Source: Trichoplax adhaerens
Taxonomy: Eukaryota; Animalia; Placozoa
Reading direction: 5' to 3'
DNA length: 64,000 nt
Assembly: GCF_000150275.1 (NCBI RefSeq)
Contig: NW_002060949.1
Span: forward strand, 1,113,836 to 1,177,835
The translations under genes were made by a program, and so were the position numbers. Each line of letters starts with the position of its first letter. The stretch's first letter is position 1. The notes below the pieces were generated by a model. That model was not told the origin of the DNA. It made no database searches and saw nothing but the letters and a program-made list of their open reading frames with translations. Positions 39,471 to 53,225 of this stretch are shown piece by piece.

Positions 39471-40486
39471 AGATTACGATATTAGTTTTAATTTCCCGTT
39501 ACTTGAAAAAATGAAATAACTCTAATCTTTTGTCCATCTCTTTTATCCATATAGATAGTAGTAATCGGTTTATTGGAATGTTTTGATGGATTACTATATA
39601 CTATATATGAATAGTAATGTGAATATAAATACAAGGTTATAAGAAATTCAGTATTTTTATTCGAACATCGCATACCACTATTGTGTTAATAACTACACAA
39701 GTGCGTACAAAAATTTAGTTATTTTAATTACAATTTTTGTAAAATAAAATTGGTATATCCTATTTTTTACAATGATTTTAAAGTGCACTTTGTGCCTGTG
39801 GTACATTTTTTAATTCACCTTATAAGTAGTAGTATAATTGATGTATAAATATTGAAGCTAAGTTTAGTAGTTATTACTGAATTATACAAAGTTATAATGG
39901 TATCAAACTTTAGATATGACCTATATTAAAATTTAATAAATGCACATTAATGTAAACGAAGTATACGCGATAAATCAAGCAATAATTTTAACCACTAACA
40001 TAAATACTGTTCTACTTTACACAGCAATCAAAGTCATCATCAATGAGACTATCATTGATATGCATTGCTGCAATCGGTATCTCATACTTCGTACTTAAAT
40101 CAATTAGTGATAACATATATCCAATAGAAAACAATCATGATATAGTTACATTACGGTAACTAGTGCATTGCTAAGAATAGTATAAAGTTTTGAATATTGC
40201 ATAAATCTACAATATGTGTATAAAATCTTTAAAATTATATCATACGATATAGAGAAATATCGAAAATATATAATCTCAACTTTAGGACACACATAGACGT
40301 AATAATATTGGAAATTAGCAGTAAATAAAAATTCCGTAAATGATATTAGAAAATCGTAATTTAAGGAGATAATCGGCGGATAAATGTAACTTACTATACC
40401 TAAGTAAAGGACTACTAATGGATAAAATAAAGTATTTTATTAGAATCGGTTTTCAAGTAAACGTTACTTGATGATGAAAGTCTGTT

Positions 40487-43400
40487 TCATTTATCTTTAT
40501 CATCTGTTTCATTGCTGGCATGCTTACTGATATCATTCATGCTGCTCTCCCGAATTTCTTTAAAACGTCGAATAATCTTTTTCCAATCGACAGCATCAAT
40601 AATAGTGCTATTAAACTGTTGACTGGCACGTATGTTTGCAATATTCGGATGAGCTGAAGAACGTCGTCGCATAAAATTACGTATAACGTTATTATTTGGC
40701 GCTAAGCTATCCATTGACCAGACATCAGCATCCAGTACGTCTTCAGAACTTTGTGTACCTAAATCGGTGACGCATACATCACATCTTCTGCGAGCTAAGA
40801 CGCGTAAGTATTCGTAAGCCTTAACAAATAAATTTAGTGGTGCTGGCGTGGAAGCATTACGTTGCATAGAGCTTATTAACTTAGCACGCCCAAATTTCCA
40901 TTCTACGTCCGATTGTCGTTGAATTCTTTGATATGTATCGCTCATCATAGCAATCAATAGATTGATAAGGACGATGATAGAGATCACATTATAAATTCCA
41001 AAAACAAACTTAACAGCAATTAATACACCTGATGGAACACTAGCATTATTTGGTGAATAAATATCACCTGGCAATGGTAAAGCAGATAATTCATTTAAAC
41101 CAAACAAGGAAAAGAATAATAATTCAAACATAGGTGCAATGCCAGTTACTGCTTCTGTACTTTTAATTCTTGGATCGACTGGTTTATAAGCAGTTGCCAT
41201 CATTGCCGCAAATCCAGCGAGAAAAATACTCAAGACAACAAGAAAACGCAATAAATCTTTCATCAGATCACGTATAATAATGCCCCACGGCCCAAACAAA
41301 TGATGAAAAGTTAAGTAATCCAATAATAGGATAAAGCATAACATCATTGCTATACCAAATAACATATTACGTGTATAGAGTGCTTGATAGACAGCCGCAC
41401 CAGTTAAAAATAAACCACCCGTAATGTGAGCTACAATTGCAGCGAAAGAAAATACCAATACAATAGTGTATATCCAGCCAAGACCAGAGTGATCGCGTGT
41501 CGATGTTAATTCCGTTAGTAAATAACCAGATAGCCATATTATTAATATTATCTCTGACCATTTAGGAACTAAAACACTAACATTAGGAAACCGATCTTCT
41601 AATTGTATTGCGCATACAAATAGAAACCATATGATTAGAAATATATGTGAAGCAAGATGTGACATTAGGCGTATGATTGGAATTTTGTTATACTTATTTT
41701 TAAGCGGTAAAGATAAATAAATCCATATTATTGGACAGAGGATAAATGAAAGCATTAGAGCTAAGTATTTCCAATTACCCCAGGTCAAACCACCTTTCCA
41801 TGTGAAACTAAGGTATTTTTGAACCGCTGGATGAGCAATGACACGCTTTTGTTGACATTCCAATAAAATATCAAGAAATCTAGTTTCGCTATCATCAGTT
41901 GCTTTGAGTAATGTTTTAGTATTGCCATCAGCAGTTGTTAGCTGCAATAATTCGCAAGCAATGTTTTCACAAAAATTACTCATAGCCACTAATTCTTGTG
42001 CTCGTTCTTTTTCTTTACGTGAAATTGTTCTAAATTGCTGTGATAGCTTGACCGCCGTATGGATAGGAGCTGCTGATGTTGTTATAAAATCTATAATAAC
42101 TTGATTATTATGCGATTTACCGCATGACATTAGATCGAAAATAAACTGCAGATATCATTGAGTATTTTTGTAAATAGCAACCAGTACCGGTAATAAATAA
42201 ATCAATCAGGCCATAAGTATAAATGAAGAAATAAAAGCAAATTAGAAATTATGTAAAGGAGGTACAGCAAAAATACTGTAACATCTACCTACAATATTAT
42301 ATATCCAATTTATCATTTTGATTTAAATTGCAAAATTTATCTTACATACCTTCTTATTGTTTAATAATTTTTCTGTATTATGAGGTTTAGTAAGCAATAA
42401 AGAAACAACTTTATGATGTCCATGACTCGCAGCGTAACATACAGCAATTTTACTCTCCTATTTGATATAAATAGTTGGGGTATTAATGTCACAATAATTT
42501 AAATGAAATTTAAGCTTCACAAGTAGAGTAGTATGCAATATAACATCCCACAGGAAATAAATATCATGATACGATGAACGATTGCAATTTTTATGCACCT
42601 TAGTTTCGGTCGTACTGGCTCCTGAATCACTCAGTAACTTCACAACATCTAAATGACCAGACTTTGCAGCATGATGTAATGGTGTCCACAAATTCTATTA
42701 GATAATCCAAAAACCAAGATTAGTAAAATAATATCAGCGATACCCTTATACTGATTTTTTCCGTCTTAGCAATATGATACCCCTAATGTAAGACACTTTT
42801 TAACGTATTATTAGCTAGGATACATGAGACACAAAGTGTCTAAACATCAGAAAGGACATATGTACGGTGCTATCTGGAGCTTACTTCATCCATGGCATCA
42901 ATATCAGCTCCCTGACTGATCAATAGTGCTACCGTCTCGTAATGACCATTACTAGCTGCATAATGAAGGCAAGTTCTATTATAACGATCACGAATGCGTA
43001 ATTGAGACGTTGATTTACTCAACAGCAAGCCGATAACGGATATATTGCCATTATTGGATGCTAAATGAAATGGAATACTGCCAGATTCGTCTGTTGAGGA
43101 CTTATATTGAATCCCCGATGAATTCAACAATAATCGGGTGCAGTTATCTTGTCCTGATTGAGCGGCTAGATGTAAAGCTGTCATTCCTTTTTCGTATGGC
43201 ATCCTCCAAGAAACAGCATGTTTACTTCTTGTTGGAGCCTGATGAGACACAAAATAGTAGTAGTATTAACAGTTAAAACTAAGATAGGAAATATTTCGAT
43301 AAGTAGTGTATTTGGTCATAACTATTTTCACAATTATCTGATATCTAAGAGTCTAGTTTATAAACCGTTCCTAGATTGCGAGTTAAAACTGCGAATACTT

Positions 43401-46400
43401 TATAATCTCATTATAGAATTGATAACAGTATCAATTAAAGCCTAAATTGTACTTGTTAATTCCACACACATTAGGATAGCCGGAGCAATATACTCGTAAG
43501 ACGAACGTTTTACTTAATTAAATATGGTTAAATTTGAAATGATAGATATTATTAATGTACCGGTATTGCTATGCAATCTAGTGCTACACTTACAGCGCTG
43601 GGAGTATTAACAGGAATATAGTTGATAATTTCTTGTAAAAATTCAGGCTGGCCATGTTGTGCGGCAACATGCATTGCTGTTAATCCAGTCTGTAAAAATA
43701 AATGAATGACTATTACTGACTTATATCTATTTTCCAATTCCCAAATGTTAAATTATCGTTTAAGTATACATTCAATTAATTAATATTTTTAATAATAGTA
43801 ATCAAGTGAATATCAAATATGTACCTAAAGATTGCATACTGTATATGAAATGAAATTTAGCAAGCTCTTACCAATAAACTAGTTGCAGTTAATGCCATCT
43901 TATCTTTTAGACATTCTATTATATTAACGTGTCCAAATCGAGCCGCAAGATGTAAAGGAGTCAAGCCATCCTATATGATTATAAACATACAGAACATTAA
44001 ACTGAAGTGAAAAACAGGAAGATGCAAGTATGCTACAATAAACAAGCGAAGTAAATCATGAAACTAAAACCAAAAATCCTTTCGGATAATTGTCTCTATG
44101 CCTATTTCGGTTAAAACAGATATACTCGTGCAATATTACTATTGAGTTATAGCATAATAAAATAATTAACTAATAAGAGATTAATTATTAAATGTACACA
44201 AAGAAGAGTATTAAAACTCATACTATCTTACACTAAATTGATGGTTAAACTTTATCATTTTTAAATAATAACTCCTAAATATCACACGAAAAAGTAGACA
44301 ATACTGAGAAACGCCATTCAGAAATGAACTTGCTTAAATTATGAAATTGTAGCACGTATGACATTAATTTGTATTTCACATACAGAGGTCTCATCAGTTG
44401 GCAGAGCTCCATTCTCGATTAAAACCTGAACGATCTCTGCATGTCCTTTACCAGCAGCCAAATGTAAAGCAGTTGCTTTTCTTTTCTACAATATTTATTA
44501 ACAGATTCGTGATGGAATAGTCGTAATTAAATTATAAATTAACATAACTTTTAATCTTGTGTCAAATTCTATCACAGAATAACGCAATAATTGTACCTTA
44601 TCTTTTGTAAAAATGACATTCTTAGAATTGACTTTTAATAATTCCTTGATTACACTTAAACTTCCTTTTTCTGCTGCAATATGTGCGCATGTTGAGCCAT
44701 CCTATAAGTTAGCAATATATATTGTGACAAATGCAGATGATCACCATAAAAATAAATAATGTTGATATGAGTGCTTAAAAATTACGGTAATTAAGGGGAA
44801 TGCTTTCCTCTGTACAGTAATCGTTACTAATTATAACTGGAGCAATTATCTGTGAGCATGTAAGGGGGTGAAAATAAATCCTTACTTGGCTGGCTTCATT
44901 AATAAGTTTAGGAGCTGAACTCAAGAACAACTGAACAACTTCAGAATGATCTTCCTTGGTCGCCAACAAAAGTGGAGTTTCACCATTCTATACCGGAAAT
45001 AGACGTCATTTGATAACAATTAGTGCATTAAAATTTGATAGTATATACTGGAAATTTCCTCTAATTCCATGCATTATATACGAATTATCCTTTACATACG
45101 CTATCTACGGCCGATGGATCCGCATTAAAGTGCAATAATTCTCTGCAGACATCCAACCGACCATTTTCAGCAGCATTGTGCAACGGTGTTCGTTTATTCT
45201 ATTTAAAAATAGAAGAGTGATTTATATATGAGTACATAATGATATAAATATAAGTATTTTCATTTCTTCAGTAGTATCTTAGCGATTTACAATATATCCT
45301 ATATCAGTCTATTACATTAACTGTACTTAAATTATATTATCAGATACAACGATATACATTAAGTAAAAATTTACCAAAGTCATGGCATCGCAAGCTGCTT
45401 TGTGTTTTTCAACAAGAAGCTGAATCATATCTTTATGACCGCTGCTAGCACTTAAATGTAATGGAGTTTCGCCACTCTAAAGGAAATTAATATTATAGCC
45501 GGAAAATTAATTTACTATCACTAAATCATTTTATATTATTTTTTACTTAACTATGTAAGTTATGATTTAATAGATAACCTACTATTGTAACAAAACATCG
45601 ATTAAATACCTTTACTAATTTATTCTAACCTTTGTTTTACTATTTACGAATGAACGATTATTAATTAATATGTCAGCCACTTCAGTATGACCATTGTCGG
45701 CTGCAAAATGGAGTGCTGTCATACCAACCTATTTAAATAGGGTTGAAATATATTGTAGATCAGCATAGATAAAAATTTGTTAATCATAGCTACAAATATG
45801 TAATATATGCATAGTTTAACAATCACATTGGTTTAATAAAATTAATACTGACTTTGTATTATACTTGGCATGCGATAATCTACATGCTAATACATGCAAT
45901 ATTTTGTATAGATGAATGGAATCGACAATAAACTTACTTCGTTAAAAAGATCAACACGAGCGTGATGAAGTAGCAATAACTTTACGATATCTTTATATCC
46001 ATGTTTTGCAGCGTTCATAATTGGAGTCATACCATTCTAATTAAAATTGTATGAATTATGTTAATTGGGACTTCCCTATCACTCAATTGGCATTAGATTT
46101 TGTTTTAATGTAATAAAATTAAATTGTATAAAAATGCATATCTTACTTCACTCTGGAAATTAACAGATGATTGAGCTACTCGGCTAACAGCTTGGCATAA
46201 AATGTTGGCTATATCGTAATTTCCGTAATCACAGCATAGATGTAGAGGTGTTTCTAACGTCTACAAATGATTAAATTGTTAAGATAATAGATTTAATGCT
46301 CACAGGCAATCATAAATATAGCAATTTATTCAAGGTACTACAAGATATGAATAGCTACGGTCATAAACATACTACTTGTACTAAAACGAAAGTACTTTAG

Positions 46401-49400
46401 ATAACTATTCGCATATCAATGTTAGCTGATACTAGGAACTAATTCAATAGTTTACATTATTAATATGATTTAAGATCAATTATAAGTTATTTCAATCTGT
46501 AATATCTATTCGCACGCATTAAAACCGAATAATTTTAAGTATAACCAAACATCCCACCTCCGTCATTTTTGCTGTGGCATCTCCACGGCAAATTAACAAT
46601 AGTTTCATAATTTCAACATCTTCATCCTTGTAATGTGTATCGCTTTTACGAAGTCGTGCAGCATAATGCAAACTGTTTTCACCCAACTGAATAAATAAAT
46701 ATTACGTATTAAACACTGTAGCTACTACATCGTTTATGATTGCTATCTGAAAGTTTAATCGTTTTAGAGAATGCAATTAAATAGTGGATCTTTTTTTACC
46801 TTTGTGACACTGTTAACCGCTTTAACTGCATCATTTGGTGATAGCATACAAGTTAAATAGTCTAGGATATCTTTAATTAGCGACCAGTGGCATTGTCTGG
46901 TAGCAATATGCAAGGCTGTTTCACCATTCTAAGGATAAATATAATCAAATGCATAATATGAATGGAAGAAAGAAATGATACCGTAATGGTTTATTTCATT
47001 ATTGAAGTGATATCCTAAAATGACAAAATTTTCATTTAAAAACTTTTTACCTTGGACATGGCAGCAGCATCGCCTCCTTCGGTCAGTAAATGACGCACCA
47101 TATTTAAGTTACCATGCGTACAAGCAATATGAAGTGGAGTTTCACCATTCTAAAGTATCATAAAGTATTTTAGTCGTTCTTGCCAAAAGATCAATGATTA
47201 TATACAATATTTTCTTTTTCTGTTATCCTTTGCATACTATCATTTCTAAGAGATAATAAGCTTATCGTAATGATAAATATTTAGTATATAATACTGGTAA
47301 GTATTACGTTAAAATAGAAAAGCTATAGGTTTCCTATACATCAATCCCATAGTATAACTCTGGCAACTAGTAGCAAGTGCGGTACTGGAGATACAATAGC
47401 GAGTCTTGACGCACTATAGGCTTCTAACGTAGATTTATACATTAAGAATTTTATTTATACCTCTGTTGTCGCATTGACATCAGCACCACTCTTAATTAAC
47501 ATATCCGCTACACGTTCTCCATTCTTAACTTTGGAAGCAATATGTAGCGGAGTTTCATAATTCTATCAAATTGAAAATAGAAGCAACATTGATATAAATG
47601 AATTCTTTACATTAAATTAAGCTAATAAAAATGAATCTTTCATTCGTAGTCATACCTCTCCACCAGCTAAGTGAACATCAGCTCCAAAACCAAGTAAAGC
47701 TTGAACAACCAAGGGTTGACAGTTTTTAACAGCGCAATGTAAGGCGGTAAAATTATCCTACATTTTTAATTCATACCGTAGTTAATACAGATATTACGAT
47801 TAAAAATACGTGATTGCTTTGAACTGATTACTTTAAATTTGATGTCATTTACTAATCGATAACTACGTTAATCTTTAAATTTCTTACCTTCGTTTTATGA
47901 TTCACTGATGCACCTTTCATTAATAGAGCACGAACAACTTCAACATGGCCTTGTTCGGCGGCTACATGCAAGCATAATGCGCCATTCTACAAATTATCGA
48001 AATTTAAATAGTTAGTTATAACTAACTCCTAAGTCTTGACAATAATCTGTATTGTGGTACTGTAACTATCTTGTAATTGGTGAATGAATTCAAGTTAACT
48101 AATACTCAATCTAGTAAATTTCAAGTATTATGATGGGCTTATAAAATTGTAGCATAAGCTTTAATTGTAATGATTTAATTCATCATTTGTAGCATATAGC
48201 GACCTTATTTGGCAATTGTAATGGAACTCCTTTTTTTAGGAATAGCAATGCAGTCTCAGGATGGCCATGTTTGGAGGCAATATGCATCATAGTACTGCCG
48301 TCCTAAAGAAAATGTAAAAATTGAGATGTTTTACATATTCTAGAATTATTCAGTTAATTCCTTCTCAATAATTTTATTCTTTCAGTGTGATTCCCATATA
48401 ACATCGTCAAGACTACAAATAGCTAAAGCAGATATTTGAAAGTCTTGCAAGAGAAAATTTGTTGCCAGTAAATAAATTAAAACTGTATTAACCTTTGTCC
48501 TAGCTGCAACAGACGTTTTAAATTTCTCCGTTAAAATATCGACAATTTTCGTTTGGCCTTTCTCTGCAGCAATGTGCAATGGCGATCTATCATACTATAG
48601 GTTATAATGAATAACAAGTAATACATGAGCAAGAAAATGGTACAAGTCTTACAATTATCCTTAATTTTATTTTTATGCTATAGTTTTAAACACCATCAAG
48701 TAATGCAATGCACGACTATATGATCTGATATCATAACACCGTCAAATAGAACGCAAATATCTCTAAAATAGTGATGTCACTTATGTTGTACTTACGCGAT
48801 CCACATAGTTGCTATTGGCTTTATGCATGTGAAGAACTTTAAGAAGGGAAGCGTTGCCTTCAGCAACAGCTACATGCAGTGGTGTTAGACCTTCATTCTA
48901 AATTAAAGTATATTATTCATTTTATATTAGCCGAATAGATATAACCTTAAATCAATATTAATAGTAATTTGTTTGTTTGATAACGTTTATAAGCAAATTG
49001 ATACAGAATTATCAATAATAATAGTAGAAATTTATGATAATATTTATCAGTATTTAAACGCCATCTTATTAAATTTACATTTTGGACATCTACGGAAGCG
49101 CCAAAATCTAATATCAATTTCAGCAATTCTGCTGGCGTTGTTTTAGCTTGGCATACACAATGAATGAGTGAGTTGCCATTGGCCTATACATGGAAAAAAA
49201 TAGTAATCATTCAATAGTCAAGCATCGATAGTAGGATAGCCTATGAGGCTATAGCAAGGATTAAACTTACCATACGATGTTGGACTTGCTCTTCTGCAAA
49301 ATCCGTCAGTAATTCTTTTAAGATGCCACTGTTACCTGTACAAGCTGCTAAATGAACAGGCAAAGCTCCGTCCTATGAATGAATTATTGTAATGAGCGTA

Positions 49401-51429
49401 AGTAAAATATAGGAAAGGTAAGAAATAGATCTTGCTTACTATCATATATAATATATTACACACGCAATTGTTAGTAAAATTTTAGCTGTAATGTACTATC
49501 ACTTAAAATTAGAACTTTAGAGTAACATAGTGATGATAAAAGAATCTTACTCTATCAGGAGTCAAACGTGCTCTTCCATCCGAGGCTTGTAGCAATAAAC
49601 GAACTGGGTCAAGACCACCGCTCGTCCTGGATGAGGCAACGTGGAGGGGTAGCTGTTTTAACGGCTACATATCGTTCAATATAAAGATGAGCGGATATTA
49701 ATTTCGAGGGTTATTTCCAATACATCATCATATTCTTCTAACATTCCGAACAGGCTTATATACGTTTCAAAACAATGTCCTGATAGAACTCTCGAAATTA
49801 ATTCGACAAATGCTTTTCATTAAGTTTACTTACACCACCAGCGAGATCTGGCTGTACATTTTTCAAAAAGATCCTAACAATATCAGCACTACCTCCGGTT
49901 GCAGCAAAATGCATAACATTGCAACCATCCTAAAATGAGATTCAAGGTATAAAAGCGAATTTTAAGAAGGCAATTGTATCTTTATAGATCATAAATGATA
50001 TCGTTGCCTTACTAAGTAATGGCTACTCAGCTATAATGAATTTAAAACTGAATAATTAGCTATGTTATTGCACTTTTGCAACTTGATGGTCTTAAGCATG
50101 TATAATATATGGCCATCATATTAAAATATTGTATCATCGGTATACTGAGATGTATTGGCACTGTGCTAGGTTGGAGCTAAGCAGGAGTTAGTCTTCTAAT
50201 TGGATAGATATACTGAGAGCTACATAATGAGCAATTGCATGAAATGAAGCCAAGGCTAAAATTGCTCATCTAGTGAATCTACTCACATCATCAATTTCAT
50301 TTTACTACACGGTATATTCTAAAAATTTTACCATACCATAGTATTTAAGCTGTCGACTGCTATGTATATGATATCACTGTACGATTAATTTGAAACTCAG
50401 TTAAACTGCTCCGTGCTAGATAATTGATAGAATAATTTTATAATATCATCGATCTTTCCATAGTACTTCACTTATAAAAGTACACACTGTCAAGACTATA
50501 CAGTAATTCAATTCGATTCTACCGGAGACTATTTTTACATTATTTTATACATAATTATATTTCTTCAACGCTTTTGCCAAATTGAATTTCTCCACTTACT
50601 CGTGTAACATCATTAGGTGAACATCCTAAATCAAGCAGGCGTTCAACGACATTAATTTTATTATCTTGAGCTGCCAACATTAAAATAGTGACTCCACTAT
50701 CCTGTATTAATAAAGAAAACAAGCGAGAGGGATTAAGAAAGAGATAAACCAAGTCTATTATGTCCTCAATTATTCTTATTCCTCTTAAAATCATTCGAAA
50801 TTATCAATTAAACTACTAATTAATAGATTAAAACTTTAAGAATTTAGTGAATTGCTTCGTTCATTATAAAATTTCAATAAAAAATACAAATAGAATAGTA
50901 AATTATAGTGTTAGCGTTCCATTTCCGTCAGCATAAAAAGCGGATAAACGATTACATAGTGCATACGATATCTTGTATATTGGTACTAGCTAACAGACAT
51001 TAATAAGCATAATTTGAAGTTATTTTTACAACTTGAATCCATTTTAAATATATTCCACTGATTAAATTTCATATAGGAACAGCTTCCAAAATGAATTAAG
51101 AGTCAATTTGTAAAAGATTTTAATTAATTTTATGATGTGCGTTGATAAGCATAATCGAAAATTAATTTTATAGCATGGCTCCGTTTTAAGATATTCAACT
51201 AGTTGAATTTCATATTGCAATAGTTTTCAAAATGAACAATCTACTAGTAAAAGATTTATATCAGTTTCACCAGCCATTCATTGAAATTTTGGATTATAAC
51301 TTACATCAATCGGCTGTTGTAGATCTTTAACATCACTTGATTCATTTTCATAATCGCTTCGCAGAATGGAATCAACAGCAGCCCAATCCCCTTTCTGTGC
51401 TGCAGCAGCTATTCTAGACATGATTGCCT
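40487..51429 (-). CDS. nompC: TRPN/NOMPC mechanosensitive TRP channel with 29 ankyrin repeats, at least 29 coding exons
   Basis: Terminal exon 40487-42145: FIFDLMSCGKSHNNQVIIDFITTSAAPIHTAVKLS, KEKERA, IAHPAVQKYL, FHHLFGPWGIIIRDLMKDL, pore FELLFFSLFG, LINLLIAMMSDTYQRIQRQSDVEWKFG. Upstream, about 100-130 nt exons from 42350 to 50701 each encode an ankyrin repeat (manual count 29). Exon 51305-51429 encodes AAAQKGDWAAVDSIL. Start codon uncertain (ATG at 51421 or a further upstream exon). Confidence 0.94.
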
Positions 51430-52930
51430 CTAAGGGAACATAAGAAAAATTGCAAGTTGATAATTGATTTTATCCAACTACATGTAAATTGACAGCTGTA
51501 AATGGACTCTTGTATTATTTAAAGGTTATACCGCGATTTTTCTTTCCGTTAGTAGTGAAATCAAAATATATCCGTACGTTGTTTTGATTTATCAAAAATT
51601 GCAAATTTTATTCTATAACCAGAAGAAAATAAAGCGGAAGATGCCTTTTAATAATTACTTTTAATATTCAATCTTGCCTATAGAATAGATAGTGCAATCT
51701 TTAAAGTGTAATACAAGCATTAATTGCTCTGTTAGATGATGAGAACTATGTTCAAGATTGCTGTAGCAGAAAGCGGAAAATCCAGTAAACAAATTTTCTC
51801 TTAGACTAAACTGTAGGCATAAGAATTGGCCATAAGCCGCACAAAATAATTTGCAAGCAACTGAAATGAGCACCGAATGAGGTTAAAAAATCGATAAACT
51901 TTCATTGGCTATCAAAGGATTCGACATGGGTATGGGGTATCTATCCCCATTTTTGAATGTGAAAAGTCTTTTTACTTGAGAATTCCTTCAATTTTTCCTG
52001 TAAATACTTAATATAAAGGGCTCATATGATAGGCAGATTATCATGACCTGACATTCACTTTAAGGTAAAGCAAAGAAAAATTGCTAAAGCATAAAGACGG
52101 CAAAGTAGCGAGATAGTAAATCCCAATATGCTAAAACATTAGCTGCTGCAATATGCAAAAGCAACATTGTGCTCAGTATTCATTTTACCAAAATTGGATA
52201 GGATAATGTCGGCAGTTAGAGTAAACGGAAGCAAGTAGGAAATGCCAACATCCATTTTTACTCATTGTATGTATATAGACAATAGTAATGAATTAAAATC
52301 AAGGTTAATTTATACATCAAATCTAGATATTTTTTGATATAATAACTGATTTGATAGGATAGTTTAATTTAGCTAGTGTTAATAGTTTTACCTTTTCAGA
52401 TGTAATTAGTCCCTTACCTTGGCTAATTAGGCCTACACGTATAGAACTGTTTGTTGCAATTTTAAATTCAATTAACTGTTGTATAAAGCTCTCTATAAGA
52501 ATTTAAATCATAAGATAGTTTTAATTACGGCTAAAATTTGTTTCTTCTTTAGTAACAGATTTTAATAACAGAACGCTTGGATTAAACATGAAACAAGGTT
52601 ACTGTTAGTATTCCTAGCGACTGCATTTTGTTCATAAAATTGGCCTCAAATGGAGCTTATATATGTCATATACACTGAATAATAAAGTAGAACCATGTCA
52701 ACCAGATTAAAAATTTTTCATTTTATTTCAAAATTGTTAGCGAGGGTATTGGAACGAATAGAACTCTGTCGATGTGAAAAAAGTGATTAATAAAACAAGT
52801 AGGAATTTTGTTTTCGTCATTACCAGATCTACCGTATTGGAAGAGTTACTTAGATACCATTCTAAATGTTTTCTATAGTGAATTGGAAGCAGGGATATGC
52901 GATCATCTTTAAGAGATTTTTAAAACCACG

Positions 52931-53225
52931 AAAATTTTATCATTGTCGGAAAAGCGACAACGAAGGAAAATGTATTGATTGAAGACTGTCTATCTGTGAA
53001 TATTTTAAAGACCTTAAGATATACTTATGACGGATAAGTTTTATCATTGGTAGGAAAGTAATGACGAAGGAGAAAAATATTAATTAATTAAAGACGGTTT
53101 ATCCGCAAATTTTTTAATGGCCTTATACATATTGATAACTCATACAAATCTTATCCTTGATTGAAAAGAAGCAACGAAGGAAATAATATCGATTAAGGGT
53201 TGTTTATCCATGAATTTTTCAAAAA
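52931..53225. repeat. Diverged three-copy tandem repeat, period about 107 bp, upstream of TRPN
   Basis: Units begin about 52931, 53036, 53146, each with TTATCMTTG...GAAA...ACGAAGGA...ATTRA...GTYTATC...AAT.TTTT. Confidence 0.7.

Noticed and set aside
51736-51864. Box C/D snoRNA-like pair (ATGATGA ... CTGA with a short terminal stem)
   Set aside because: On the strand opposite TRPN, no host intron and no recognisable rRNA guide; such motifs arise by chance in AT-rich DNA.
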